NCBI RefSeq assembly: GCF_000315625.1
Contig: NW_005434606.1
Coordinates: forward strand, 185,154-249,153
DNA from: Guillardia theta CCMP2712
Lineage: Eukaryota > Protista > Cryptophyta
DNA: 64,000 nucleotides
Direction of reading: 5' to 3'
The first letter of the stretch is position 1; each line of letters starts with the position of its first letter. Position numbers and translations under genes: made by a program. Positions 36,271 through 49,422 of the stretch are shown one piece after another. Under the pieces are notes generated by a model, which worked only from the letters and a program-made list of their open reading frames with translations, was not told the origin of the DNA and did no database searches.

Positions 36271-36959
36271 ATGGTATCATGGCCATCGCTCCTTGTCGTG
36301 GCTCAAGCAGAAGGCGTGTGGGGTTGAGGAATTGACCCACCCCTACCTTCCGATTTCCATCTACTCAGGCTTTTTCAAAGGTAGGGGGTACTAGCTTTGG
36401 TCAAAGTAATTTGATTCAAATTTCCCTTGCGAGAGGGTCATTGAGCTATGGACCACAGGGGTGGGTGCTGTTTGACCACTTACCGGTAATCGAACATGAT
36501 ACTTTTCGACGCCAATTCCAGTACGGAGAGCCCATACTTTTAAGATTTCATCCTTCCTCCCTTGAATCCGATCCACCCCACCCTGACTCTGACGGAGGGA
36601 AACGTACGGGTTCTCTAAACTATCTGAAACCACCCATGCGAACCTCACAGAAAATGAGGGACTTTTGTGGTACAACCTCATGTATGGGGAGCCCTGAGGA
36701 CCTCCGTACAAATACCACAACGCTTTGGAACAAGTATTTTAAAGGCAGTACAAACAAAACGCCCTGGTACTAAAGATTCCAGAAGGGGATTGGAACGGAA
36801 TGGGCACACCCGGAGCAGATGCCATGATGGCCGGGCAGCGGCACCCGGCCGTCCCGGCACACCCGGGCCGGTCAGGGTTGAACCATCCTTGTTTGGGCCC
36901 GGTGATTAAGGGTTCGGGGGCGCTACGGCATCCCAGGCCTGCACTCTGAGCTCGTCTTG

Positions 36960-39072
36960 GCGGTACACACGCTTGTCGACCGCCGTCCCTGCCGCGCCCT
37001 GGCGTCAGGAGTAGAACATCATTCGTGGTCTGTTGCTCACCGACAGTAACGTAGCCGTTGATGTCAAGCTTGCCGTCTACTCCCGTGAACACTTCTAGCA
37101 GACAAGAAGTGAAAGGGGCTGTCAGGAGCCGAGACTGAACCTCACCCTCCTTGCGGTTGCCAGTAAGCAAAACGTCACCCACGAGCCACACCACAGAGCC
37201 TGGTGGGGGTCAGCTGAGGATTCGCAACCCTCAGCCTTCTTACCTTGGTCCATCACTGTGACTCCGATGCTGCAACGAAGAAGGTTGTCATCAGATCACG
37301 TGAGCATGCTCTACAGCTGGAGAGAATTCGGGCCAAAACGGAGTGGTACTCACTCGTTTTGCTGAAACTTGCCGCCATGCACATTAGCAAGAGCTCTTCA
37401 CAAGTGACGAAATCATGATTCCGAGGGCATAGCAAGGAAATAAACAAACCTGTCCGCTACAAACAGGCCATGCTCTCCATTGTTGCAAACCACATTCTCC
37501 CTTAGCTTCCCCCAGGAATGCTTATTTGCCTTGCAATGGATGAGCACAGCCCCGGCAGCAATTCAACTCTGAAATCTTACCAAGCTGATACCACACTTCT
37601 TGAATCCCCTCACTTCATTTCCCTTTTTCACCATTTTCATTGTCATCCAAACTCATCCTCTGCTTTCACCTCAGCAACCAGTTTTCCTCCAAGTGTAACG
37701 CAGATGCCAGCGCTTGATCCTGTTGCAAAATGAGTATGTGTCTGTTTTTTGTTGGGTTTAAAACTCACCTTCACCACCTTCCACTTCATTATTCTCAAGT
37801 TCACACAGTGTTCTATTCCCAACCACAACAAAGGCAGACTGAAGAACGTCAAGGACAGGCACAGTCTTTGTAACAGGGAATACCATAGATATGTTGCTGA
37901 GCGAGGATCCATCGCAGCATAACCATGCTCCTGAGCTGCAGATGATGCCTGCACAATATAAATCAACTCCAGCAACTGTTTATGAGAAAGACCTGTAAAC
38001 TTACCCATCTTGCAATCTTGCAGAACACATCGACTAATGATGCCTCTCGAGTCTTCTCCACTTATCCCCACGCAACTTCCATTGATCGCCTGTATGCTGC
38101 AACAAAAGACTGAGTGTCAAACCGCCCACATGCACGCTTGCTCTCCACCTGCAGCTCTCTAGTTGAAGAGTTCCTCCTTCAACTCCGATGCAGCAACAGT
38201 CTCCATTATCGTCCGACACATTCACGCCAGCAATTTGTTGTGTGCCATTGCCCGATTGACCTTCAAAGCCTGTTTGCTGCGTAAGAGAGCAATAGCAGAG
38301 CATCCTTTCCATCTTCAAATTACCACCCACAAAGTAGACACCCCCAGGATGATAGAATCGGATTCCTCGAGACAAAAATGTCTCGTTCTGCCGTGCGCAA
38401 CATTAAAACCGCTTCAGTCTCTCTCCCTCCTGCCTTCGTTCTCCCTTCACCCCCTCTGTCCCTCCATCCCTCCTCCATGTCATTCTTTCCTGTACTTGTC
38501 TCGTCATCACACGGCTAAAACTTGAGCTACATTGTCCCCTACTCTGAGCATGTTACCTTTGCCATCTCGACTTCCACTAAGGAGGCATGTGACGGGTTGG
38601 CACGTAGCATGGGTGCATCCTGTGACAATCTTCATCGTCTCGCTCAAAGAAAGTGTCCACATACCTCATCCAAACTCAAAGGCCGCGACGAGTTCTCATC
38701 GTCCTGGACGATTCTGACAGATTTTCTCAGCAACAGGGAAGCATTGCCGATCTCCGTGCGAAGGCCCAAGGATATGCTACTGTCTGATAAAGACAACCAT
38801 CATGAGGTCGACATACTGTCTCATATCCTTACGATCCACAACCACCCTGCGCAGCAACTCAATCCCGACCTCCTCCTTTACACGTTGGATCTCCTCCTTG
38901 TCAAGAAGGTAAGGGAAAAGCGTAGGCGGGAGAAAATCCTTCTTACAAGAGTCGCACGGTCAAGATGTATCTGATTGTTGACTGGAGCCAACACCGATCC
39001 ATTTGATGATCTCATCACGCACAGGAGCAGCAGGGTAAGGGTGAGAGCCAAAGGTCTCCTGCATCCCGCCAT
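36960..39072 (-). CDS. Signal-peptide protein with parallel beta-helix repeats, multi-exon
   Basis: MAGCRRPLALTLTLLLLCVMRSSNG; CCCIGVEGGTLQLESC, GSCVGISGEDSRGIISRCVLQDC and LRCSIGVTVMDQ. Confidence 0.55.
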
Positions 39073-39699
39073 TGCAGGATCTGACGTCCCTGCACCTTCC
39101 TTGAATGCCATATCTTCACCTGACCTGTCTAGCTGCTCTACACTCGGGATTGAGCTGAGAGCAGCAGCATCAGAGCAAGCAGGCGCAAGCTGTGTTTTCT
39201 GCTCCAAAGTTCCTCCTCCCTTCAGCCATATTAGTATGGCACCAGCCACACCGGGCCATGGACAAGCCGCATCTAGGTTTCAAAGAATTTTCAATCTAGG
39301 TTGAAACACGGTACAGATTTGAACAATGTTGAGCACTGACATTTGAAATTCTCACACAAGTTTCGTCTTTGTAATACTTTTTTCCGAGTCTTGTTATTTC
39401 AGCGAGCTGCCGGGCCTGCCCGGGCCGCCGGAGACCTGTATGACCGTCGCTCGGTCTAAGCACTGAGGGGGTGGGGGTAGTCACAGTCAGATGTGTCTGC
39501 CGACGACTCGCGCGACTCAAATAGATGTACCTTTTCACAAAACGTTTTAAATGACGGTCGAGTCTGTTTTTAAACAATGCTGAAATTATTCTAAATTATT
39601 CTCTAATATTTCAAACATACGAGATAGTATTCATCTGTAGGTCCTAAAATCTCGATATGAGATCTGCTGCTACCCAGAGATTTCATTCCGAAAAGGTAT

Positions 39700-41070
39700 C
39701 TTTTCAGTTCCCTAGGGACTCTCATTTCCGTTAACCGATAGCCCCTAGATTTTCTCCCCTATGCTGACGATCTCACATAAAGGCTGCGGGACTAAAATAA
39801 GGCTTCCCACAGGGGGTCGGGTGATAGATCCGGCATGACTGTGATCACCCCATGAATCAATAATAATTTGCAGCGAAGATATATGGTGGGGTCATAGGGG
39901 TCGTACGAGCAATTGGCCTGGGGGTACAAGGGGCGTTTAAGTGCTTGGCTCATAAAAGATGTTGGGGTGTATCTGAGATGTTACCATGGAAGGGGTGGGT
40001 GAAATGCTATTTGATGTAGTCCACCCGTGATACACACGTGAAGATGACGGGTGGGCTATAGGGTGATTGAATTTGTGGGGTCCAAATGCTTGGAAGAAGG
40101 GGGGTTGACTGAAGCAGTCAGGAACACCTACAGGGGGGTGGTAGGGGCGAAAAACAAAAGTTCTAGAATCTGCTAGAAGATTGAGCGGAGGGGGTAGGGA
40201 ACAGGATTGCGTGTGAGATGGAGGGACTGCCTCGTCCTCTTGCTTATCGATGCCAGACTCGATAAAAGGATGACCATGGGGTGGGAGAAGATCGAGTTGA
40301 GCCCGCACAGTGTACACAGATTTCAGCAGGGTAGGGTGGGGTAGCTGTTTGAGATTTCTAAAAATAAGTTTTAGATGGTCATAAAGAGAACCGCCCAACC
40401 ATTAAAATACATATAAGTTTAATATACTTTTGATTTTTACATATATATTAAAGACACTGATTTCGTTTTAGGAAGTGTACAAGTTATTTAAAACCTACCC
40501 CCCGAGATGGATCTAGAGTGTTTGATGTTATCACATTGCATAGGGGTAGGTACTTCCGAAGTACCCCTGGGTACACCTTTGCCTTGGTTTTGTTTCAAAG
40601 TACTGTGAGAATCCCTAGACATGACTTTGTTTTTTAATAGCTAACTTCTTATGAAAGTTTATGTAGTCGCTGACCCTAACACTCCCCTCTAGATGTGGGT
40701 ACAGACTACAGATTAAAGTTCTTATATGGTAGGGTACTATACCCTACCCTATGTGGCATGAAGACATCCCGTGGGCCCCCCATGCGGGATTGAAATCTCC
40801 TCCGAAAATAATTGTATAAAGTGAAACCCTGTGATTTGGATCTTGTCTTACCTAGACCAGTACCCCTCAGGGCAAAACATGACCCCTATAGGGCGGGGTG
40901 AAAATTGAATCTCGATTGCTGTAATGGGGGTACTGCTAGGACACAAACCGGTCTTTTAGATGTCAAAATGAGGGGTAAAAAACCTGAATTATCTGGAATG
41001 AATACAGGTGGGTACTTTCTGAGGGGTAGGGGTATGTTCAATGAGGGGTAGGGGTGAGCAGGGGTGTTGA
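39700..41070. promoter_or_regulatory. GGGGT/ACCCC-rich tract between divergent genes
   Basis: Many GGGGT, GGGTA, TACCC and ACCCC words with no credible ORF; a regulatory role is inferred from position only. Confidence 0.35.
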
Positions 41071-41726
41071 GGTCCCCACCGCGCTAATGGGAGGTTGCGA
41101 AACAGCGTGGAGAGAGGTAGGAGAGGAAGAAGGAGGAGAAGTCAGGGATGAAGGAGGTGGAATAATGAGATATCATGGCATTGGCACAGGGTTTGACCTT
41201 GCTTTAAGATGTGCAGATAGAATTTACTGGTGTTGAGAAAGATCCGCTGTCCAGCGAACAAAGTTTTCGTAGAGACATTTTCTTTTTGGAATGTTTTGAC
41301 TGAACGAACCTTCAGTATCAAGCGCTTGGAAGCATATGATGGAGATGGTTTTGCATGATTGAAAAAATATGTTTGAACTCTTTACTCTCACCGAATTGAG
41401 TGGATCGCATTGTAATTGGATCTAATATCACATGATACGGATTGGCTTCGAATTCGCCCCTCTCTGATGATAATTACAAACAGGCCACTGTTGCGATCTT
41501 TTTTTATATTCTGCAAATACCTTTCAAAACTTTGAAATCCATTCTTGTTTCTTTTCATATCATTTATTCGGTAGAAAGATGGTAGACATGCGTAACTCGT
41601 GAAAATTGTGCAACCCGCCTGCTCACGCAAAGACTTGTACCGTATCAGCTTCTTCTCTGATCCTTGCCCCGCAGAATTCTACCGTCATCATATGAAAAGA
41701 TCAACATCCATCCTTGTATAAGAAAT

Positions 41727-43700
41727 ATGCAGAGGGACAGTGGAGGGAAGACGGCTCCCGTTTTACCAAAACTGAAAAGCCCGCAAATGTACCAAGCGAG
41801 CAAATCATCATCGTCAACAACTGGGCACAGTGGAACAGAAAGCGAAAGTTCTGGTAAGTTGACCTGTTGAAGTGCAACCCGACATCTGACGCTGGGTTTG
41901 TTCAGTCCTTGGAAAGCGCAACAGCTCGGAGTTGGACATTGACAGCATAGAGCCTGATGAGCTGAAACGGCAGATCTACCGCCTGGCGCAAGACAACAGC
42001 AATCTGAAACAAGCTCTGACCAAGTCTCAAGAGGAAGTGAAGAAGCTCAAAGCCGTGATTGAGCTTCATGAAAGCCAAAAGAAGTCCAAGGAGGACAAAT
42101 CTCAGTCCAGGTGCCGTGCAGATGAACGAGATCGAGCAGTGGTGCTGACTATGGTCTATGTGCAGGTATTGGACTGAAGCCGAGCATCAGAGATTCCTCG
42201 ATGCTCTTCAAACTGTGGGACCGAAAGATGTTAAGGCTATCGCACAGTTTGTAGGGACCCGTTCAGCGACGCAAGTACGAACTCATGCGCAGAAGTACTT
42301 CATCAAGCTTGTGAGACCAAGAGCAGTCGATGCGCCTCTTTGTGTTTAATTGTCTCTTGACTAGGCGAGGATGAAGAAATCAGCAGAGGAGGCAGCTAAG
42401 ACTGGAGGCCCCGACGCTGCGCAGGCATGGTGGTTGAAGGTACTTGAGAGGAGCAATCCTATGACAGCGAGGTCACGCTATGTGTTAGGCCATGCAAAGC
42501 AAATCATCCTCGTCATCCTCATCCTCCTCCTCAAGTTCAGAGAGAGAGAAGTCTGATCGGTGAGTGGTAAGAAGCGTTGGTCACATGACACTGATAAGGT
42601 TGTGTAGCAAATCTAAGAAGGATGCGAAGAAGCACGGCAGCCGACACCTGGACATCAACGAGATGGACTCGAGCAGCATTCAGGTCCAGCTGTCCTCCAA
42701 GAGAGGATAGGCTTTCTCTGACGTGAATGCAGGCGCTTGCTGAGATGGTCTGCGCGTCGGCATCCGCCCTTGAAGCCTCGTCCACTGGCACGAAGAACTC
42801 ACCGGAGAAGAAATCAGAGAAGAGGTAAAAACCTGATTCCCTGCTCCTTCACACTCCTCCATCCCTCCTTGCCTTCGCTTCTTCTCTCTTCTTGGCTGTT
42901 TCTCCACCATCTGCCCCACTTTCCGTTTCTATGCTCCTCTCTTTTCTGGCGCTCGTGAAATCATTGCACCATTTTCCTTGGTCTGCTGTTTTCCCTTCTC
43001 CGCAGTCCTTTTTCCTCACTCCTTACCCCTCTTCCTGTAGGTCAAGACATGCGGAGGCAGGGACCACAGACGAGCCCTCGTCCTCGAGGAGAACGTCTAA
43101 TGCCACGTCTACGAAGAGCAAGGCCTCAACCCTCGAGCTCGGGGGACTGCAGGCGACTCGGACGGGCAAAGGAAACAACCTAACGTCTTCCTCCAATGAG
43201 GTACGCGGCGGCGGCGGCGGCAGTGGCAGGAGGAGGAGGAGGAGGAGGAGTATCTCTTTGCGTGCTTGGCTGACATGACGAGTAGGAGTCGGGGGCGACG
43301 GACGGGAGCTCTACCCATGGGAACGGTACCTCGAATGGCAGCTGGAACGAGTCGGGATCAAACAACAGCATGAGCCTCAACTCGGAGGGGTCGTCAAATA
43401 ATGCAAGTTCGCACAACTCCGATGGTAAGAATGATGAAGATGAGACGAGATGGATGATGTGGTTGTCTGGAGCGGTTGCAGCCAGGGCCTTTGTTCCTGT
43501 CCCTTGCTCTCTGTTGCGTTGTGATCTGCCGACAAGACCTGCATGTTCCTGCGTCGCTGATGATGAGGTGCAGGGGGTTCGAACAACTCCAATAACGACA
43601 GCGGAGGAGTCTCGGACGGTGGAGGATCGGACGGAGAGCCGAGCACGAGATGGTACGTGCCACGTGGCGGTTTTTTGTAAGCTAAGATGGTTGTGCATGG
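41727..43700 (+). CDS. SHAQKYF-class MYB transcription factor with N-terminal coiled coil
   Basis: RYWTEAEHQRFLDALQTVGPKDVKAIAQFVGTRSATQVRTHAQKYFIKL; the 3' end is approximate. Confidence 0.9.
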
Positions 43701-43879
43701 GGGGAACAGAGACACGCGAGCATGCGGGGAAGGAAGTCGTCACTCGGCCCAGCTCTTTCCCAGCAGCAGTGGGGGAGGGGGGGAGGAGTGACGTCATGGT
43801 TGGTTGTGCTCGCGTGTCCGATGGTGTTTTTTTTGTCTATCAGTGTACATAGAGATGAAGAGATTAAAAAAGGATCTTG

Positions 43880-44670
43880 TCCCGTCAGTGGCACTGCAGC
43901 ACCGACCGGCGCCGCACACGCAGGGCGTGTTTGAGTGAGAGTCACTAACACGGTAGACTCAGTGCAGCCGCTGAGTACTGATCAAGCACTTCCAGTGCAT
44001 GATGGTGGTGATAACTTGCGGGCCAAGCCTGGCCGACTCGCCATATCGCCGCGGTGGCCAAACGTTGAACAAGCCTGGCGGTCCGATCACGGTGCCTGGC
44101 TTCTGAAGCCACGGTTGAATCGACGGTCAACCGTGACCGTACCGTCATCGGGGGGGGCGTCGCCGCTGAGCCAGCCGGGCCAGTGCCACTGTGACGCGCA
44201 GCCGAGGGCTTGTGACGCGCAGCCGAGGGCTTGCCACTGTGACGCGCAGCCGAGGGCTTGCCACCGCCGGACGCACTGGCACCGCGCCGCGGCACGGCAC
44301 TGCAGGGCGCGGCTCCGGGTCGTGTACGGTACCCCGCGAGGACGGGCCTCCGAGTCGGGGGGGACCCGGTACCCGCGGCCGCCTACCGGCGGATCGGACT
44401 CGTGACCGCCGCGACGCCGGGCGGGGCCCGTGGGCGGCGGCGGGTCACTAGTACGGTAGTACCATCGTGCCGTGGCCTTGGCGTCCGACAGGCTCGGTGA
44501 CTAGGCTAGCCGGTGAGTGGCAGCCTAGTACTTCACTTTGAGTAAACTCGGAGTACTGTACGGGGTCACGGTGGCGGCCGTGTCCGTCCGATCACTGAGG
44601 CCGCGGCTCAGTTCCTGGCCCGGCCCGGGCCTGGCCCGGCCCGGCCGGAACTTCCGAGGCCTGCCATAGT
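43880..44670. other. GC/CpG-rich island with an internal 21-27-bp tandem repeat (44184-44264)
   Basis: tgtgacgcgcagccgagggct x3; partial 44-bp-motif core actttgagtaaa near 44535. Confidence 0.7.
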
Positions 44671-44818
44671 CGGAAAAACCAGGGAAAGAAACATGGGGAG
44701 AGAAAGAAGAGAGGGAGGAAAGTGAAGAGGAGGAAAGAGAAGAGGAGGAGGGTAAGAGATTAGTAGAGGAAAGACAAGTTTCAGCAAGGTTGCCGCTTTT
44801 TTGAGTCAGCTCGATGCG

Positions 44819-47800
44819 ATGATGAATGTTGCTGTTTTCCTTCCGGCTATCTTCCTGTTTGTGATCAGTCCATCCTTGGGTTTCCGATTGTGCGGTACCC
44901 GCCCATGGCTCGCGCCGAAACGAACGAGCGCCATGCTCGAGCTGCGATCGCACGGACTCATCTGCGTCTTGAGGGAGAGCAGGAGGAGCAGATGTGTCTT
45001 CACTTGTTCGCACAAGGAGCAAGGAGCACAAAACGGGGGACAACAAATTCCTTCCTTGACAGAGGCGGAAGAGCAGGATGACGCTGAGAACAAGCTTCCA
45101 TCGCTACATCGGTTTCATGACATGGAGGATATCTCTGCTTCCCTTCGCTCTGTCTTGCTCAGGCGCCAGCAGGGACACCTGGACGATTCTTCCCTGCCGT
45201 CGTGCTCTTCGTGGGAGGAACTCGTTTCTCTTTTGCAGCCATGGGAGGCGTGCATCGTGATGAATCAGATAGCAAGAGTCTGTCCGAAGAGAGGAGGAGG
45301 AGGAGGAGGAGGAGGAGGAGGAGGAGGAGGAGGAGGAGGAGGAGGAGGAGGAGGAGGAGGAGGAGGAGGAAGCTTCGTTTGGTGGAAGCAGAACGACTGA
45401 TGACATGCTTGTCGGCGCGTCTTGCTCCAAGCATGCACGGGCTCTCGTCTAAGAATGTCGCGTGGGCTCTGAATGCAGCGAAGAAAGTTCCTCACTCTGA
45501 CGGCTCCTCTCTCTTCCTCGCAGCCGCCACCTACCTCCCTCAGACCCTTCCCGCCGACTTTGGAGCTCAGAACCTTGCGCTCGTAGCTAACGCCATGGCA
45601 TGGATGAGCCAGAGGATGGAGGAGGCAGAGGAGGAGGGCGGGGAAGGAAACTTGAAAGAGAGGATGAAGGATTCCGGGTGTGCTGGGTTCCTGCAAGAGG
45701 CAGCAAGGAACATCTCAGTGGAGGAGTGGAAGAAGAGGCCGCGGGCTCTGTCCATGTTCGTGCAGGCGGCGGGGAAGCTTGAGATGAGGGGGGAAGAGTT
45801 CAGCAAGCACATGATGAGAGTCCTGCAAGACAAGGAGATGCTTCATGGTGAGAAAGAGACGGGGGAAGACAAGGGGGAGGAGGGATGGGAGGGATGGGAG
45901 GGATGGGAGGGATGGGAGGGATGGGAGGGATGGGAGGGATGGGGAAAGGAAATGAGAGAGTACAGGAGGGAGAGGAAAGGGCACATGAATTAGGGGAAAG
46001 GAGGGGAGAGGAAGTGAGAGGATGAGGTGAGGCGACAGTTCAGGGGGAAGGAGAGATGGGATGGAGGTTGGATCAAATGGCTCGGAGGTGGAGGTGCGGG
46101 ATGACTAACACGGCATGCAGGGCTGGTGGCCGGAGGAGGAGGACAGTCTGTCGCGCTGGTGGTGCATGCGGTGGACATGATGGAGCTAGAGGAGAGCGAG
46201 AAAGAAGAGCTCAAGCAAAGCTTGGAGGAGGCTGTACTGCTGGTGCAGGAGGAAGGAGGGACGGGGAGGGAGGGAGGGAGGGAGGGAGGGATGGATGGAG
46301 GGAGGGAAGGGTGCGGAATATGAAGGAGGCAGGGCGTTCACTTTGCTGGCAGGTTCCTCCCTCCAAGTTTGGCTCGCAGGAGACAAGCATGATACTGCGA
46401 GGGCTGCTGACGTCAAGAGACTGCAAAGCAGAAGTCGTAGATCATCTGCAGGAGGCAGCCTTGCTAATCCCTTCTAAGCTGTGGTCCCCTCAGGTTTCTT
46501 GCTCCTCCTCCTCCTCCTTCTCCGCCTCCTCCTCCTTCTCCGCCTCCTCCTCCTCCTCCTCCTCCTCCTCCTCCTCCTCCTCCTCCTGCACTAAAAACAG
46601 TCCCCTCCCTCTTCCCTTTTTCTTTTCTCTTTCTCATCCTCGTGCTGCTCGTGCTCCTCTAGATCCCTCTCTTGCTCTTCTTTCAGCTCCTCTTGCCGCA
46701 GCCTCTACCGCGCACATCTCCTGACCTCTTGTTCCTGCTTCTTAACTCCTGTACCTTCTCCATCTCCCGTCTCTCTCCTCTCTCTCTGACTATATCCAGG
46801 CTGTAGCCCACACTCTCAACGCGCTTGCCACCTCCTTCTCCTCTTCCTCCTCCTCCTCATCATCATCATCTGAGCGCGTCTTTCGCCACCTGCTCAGCGT
46901 CATCAGCAGCTGGGACCTCCTGCGCGCAGATTTTCTTCCTCAGCATCTCGCTCTCATCCTTGCTGCTTGCGCTCGAGCGAGGGTAAGTTCTCCAACCCCT
47001 GCCCCTTCCCCTCCTCCCACTGTACTGTACCTTCTCTCCCTTCTCTCTCTGTATCTTCTCCCCCTCTTAATCCTTTGCTCTTCTTTTACTTCCCTTGCAG
47101 CTTGCAATCCTGCTTTCTCTGCTTCATGTGTTGTGTGTTTCTTTACCCTCACTGTTCCCTCCCTTCCTTCAAATGTTCCCTTCCTTTCTTTCCCCTCTGC
47201 TTCTACTCCCCTCGCCATGTTCTCCTCCTCTCTCCTCACTCCTCTCCTGTCTCGTCCCATCGCATCTCAACCTCCTCTGGCTCTTCTTCCCTGACTAGCA
47301 TCAGTTCAACAGCAGATTTCTTTTACAGCTCGTCCATGACACGCTCGAGAAGAGGAAAGACTGGATGCCTATCGAACAAGGCCAGGACCTCTCTCGCTTC
47401 CCTCCTCCCGGCAAGGGGGAAGGAAGGGGGAGAGGAGGAAGGAGGACGAGGACGAGGTCAAGCGCGTTCAAGGACGTGGAGCTTGCAGCCATTGCCAACG
47501 CGTGCACCAAGATCTACTCTGATCTCAAGGAGCCGCACGGGGAGCTGGACGCGTCCTCCAGCTCTCGAGGCTTTCCCTCAGAAGTCTGGAGAATCTTCGA
47601 GCAGCTCTGTGTCCTCTCCACCTCCTCTCTCTCCTCTCCCTACCCTCCTTCCTCCTCCAACTCCTCGGCCATAAGTCCAGCTGCTAGCCTGGTCGCCTCA
47701 TTTGCACGAGCTGAATTTCGGTGCCTCCCCTTCCTCCGGACCATGACGACCAACCTGCTGGCTGCAGATGATCTCCCGCTTGACTCCATCGCTCAGGTCT

Positions 47801-49366
47801 TGCATGCCTTCGCCGTCCTCGGCTGGGAGGAGGAGAGAGTAGTTCAGCACCTTCTTTCCCTCCTCCTCCTCCATCCTCCGGCAGACTTCAACGCCATGAC
47901 ACTGGGCAAGCTCTCCTGGGCATGCGCCGTCCTCAATGTTCGGGACGAACGGGTTGTTTCTCTCCTCCTGCAAGCCATAGATCGTCTCTTCTACGAGCTC
48001 CTTGAAGGCAGAGAAGCGGAAGTGACCTCGAGAAGGGCAGGAGGAGGAACAGGAACAGGAGCAGGAGAAGGAACAGGAGCAGGAGCAGGAGCAGGAGATG
48101 GAAGGACTGTCATGATGAAGTATCAAGATCTGCGAGAGGTTCGTCAGGTCCATCAGTTCCTTCTCAACTGCAGGCTGGAGAAGGTCATGGAGACTTGGAA
48201 AGAGGAGGAAGAAGAAGTTTGGAGGGTTCGTGAAAACATCTCCAAGAAGATCTTTGAAGCAAGATCCCGTGAGCTACTTCTCCTTTCCTTCCGATGCTAA
48301 ACCTGTCCTCGCTCTTCCTCCTTGCTCCTAGTTGCCCTCTCCTGTCTCATCGTCTTTCCATCCCAGGCAACCGAGCTATGCTCTCCTCGCTACAGGCAGA
48401 AATCCAGAGGAAATTGAAAGAGATGAGCTACAAAATCAAAACTGAGGTCATCGACGAAAAATCTGGATACAGGTCATTCTCCTCCTCTTTCCTCCACTCT
48501 CTTTCTCCCGTCTTCGCTCTCTTTCTGTTCCCTTTTCCCTGCCTCCCGCTTCTCTCCTTCCATCAGATTCTCGTTCCCCTCCCTCCCTCCCTCTCCATCC
48601 TTCAAGATCTCTTAGTAACAGACTTGAAGTGACTCCCGTTGTCGCAGCATCGACATTGTCATCCGGTCTGGCGAAGGTTCCTCCTCCTCCTCCACCACCA
48701 CCACCACCACCACCTCCTCCTCCTCCTCCTCCTCCTCCTCCGCCTCCTCTCACTCGCCCCTCCCTCACTCTTCGATTCCCTCCAATCTGCCAGATACCTG
48801 CTTTCCCCTTTCCTCTCTCTCTCCCCTCCTCCCCTTCCTCTTCTTCTGCTCCGCCTCCTCCTCCCCTTTCTCCTCATCCTGTCAGTGATCTCTTCCCATC
48901 CTCCTACAGGAGTCGACGAAGAGCATCCGATTGCCGTGGAGGTTGATGGGCCCGGTGCTGCCTCCCTTCGCCTGTGCTGGAAGTGACTGGCAGCAGGTCA
49001 CTACATGCGACCAGGCCTACGAGAGCTGGTTGGGGGAACTAAGATGAAGACAAGGCACTTGTGCCGGCTCGGATGGAAGGTGAGGATGAGACAGAAGCAT
49101 GAAGGATGCTGTGTAGGAGCAGAAGGGTGGGGAGGAGTGGAGGGAGAGGGGAGAAGGACGAGAAACGGCCGAAGGAACAGATGCGGGAGAAGAGGAGCAA
49201 GGGGCGGTGGAGTGGAGGACGGGGAGGAGCTCCATGGGGGGTTCACCTTCATTGCATAACGCAGGTGGTTGCGATACCCTACTGGGAGTGGAACGAGGCG
49301 AGAGATGCGGGGGAGGAGGAGCGATACCTTTCCCAGAGGATCGCAGCGGCAGCATCGTCACCATGA
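44819..49366 (+). CDS. RAP-domain protein with OPR/FASTK-like helical repeats, probably plastid-targeted
   Basis: Repeats QNLALVANAMAW, FLPQHLALILAACARA and FNAMTLGKLSWACAVL; RAP motifs SSLQAEI...GYSIDI...IAVEVDGP...TKMKTRHLCRLGWKVVAIPYWEW; signal peptide ending SLG-F. Confidence 0.85.
45291..45370 (+). repeat. (GAG)n microsatellite filling an intron
   Basis: Direct observation. Confidence 0.95.
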
Positions 49367-49422
49367 CAACAAGCGTATCCACTACAATTTTAAACACAAA
49401 CTACAAGAATCTCCCTGGTCGC

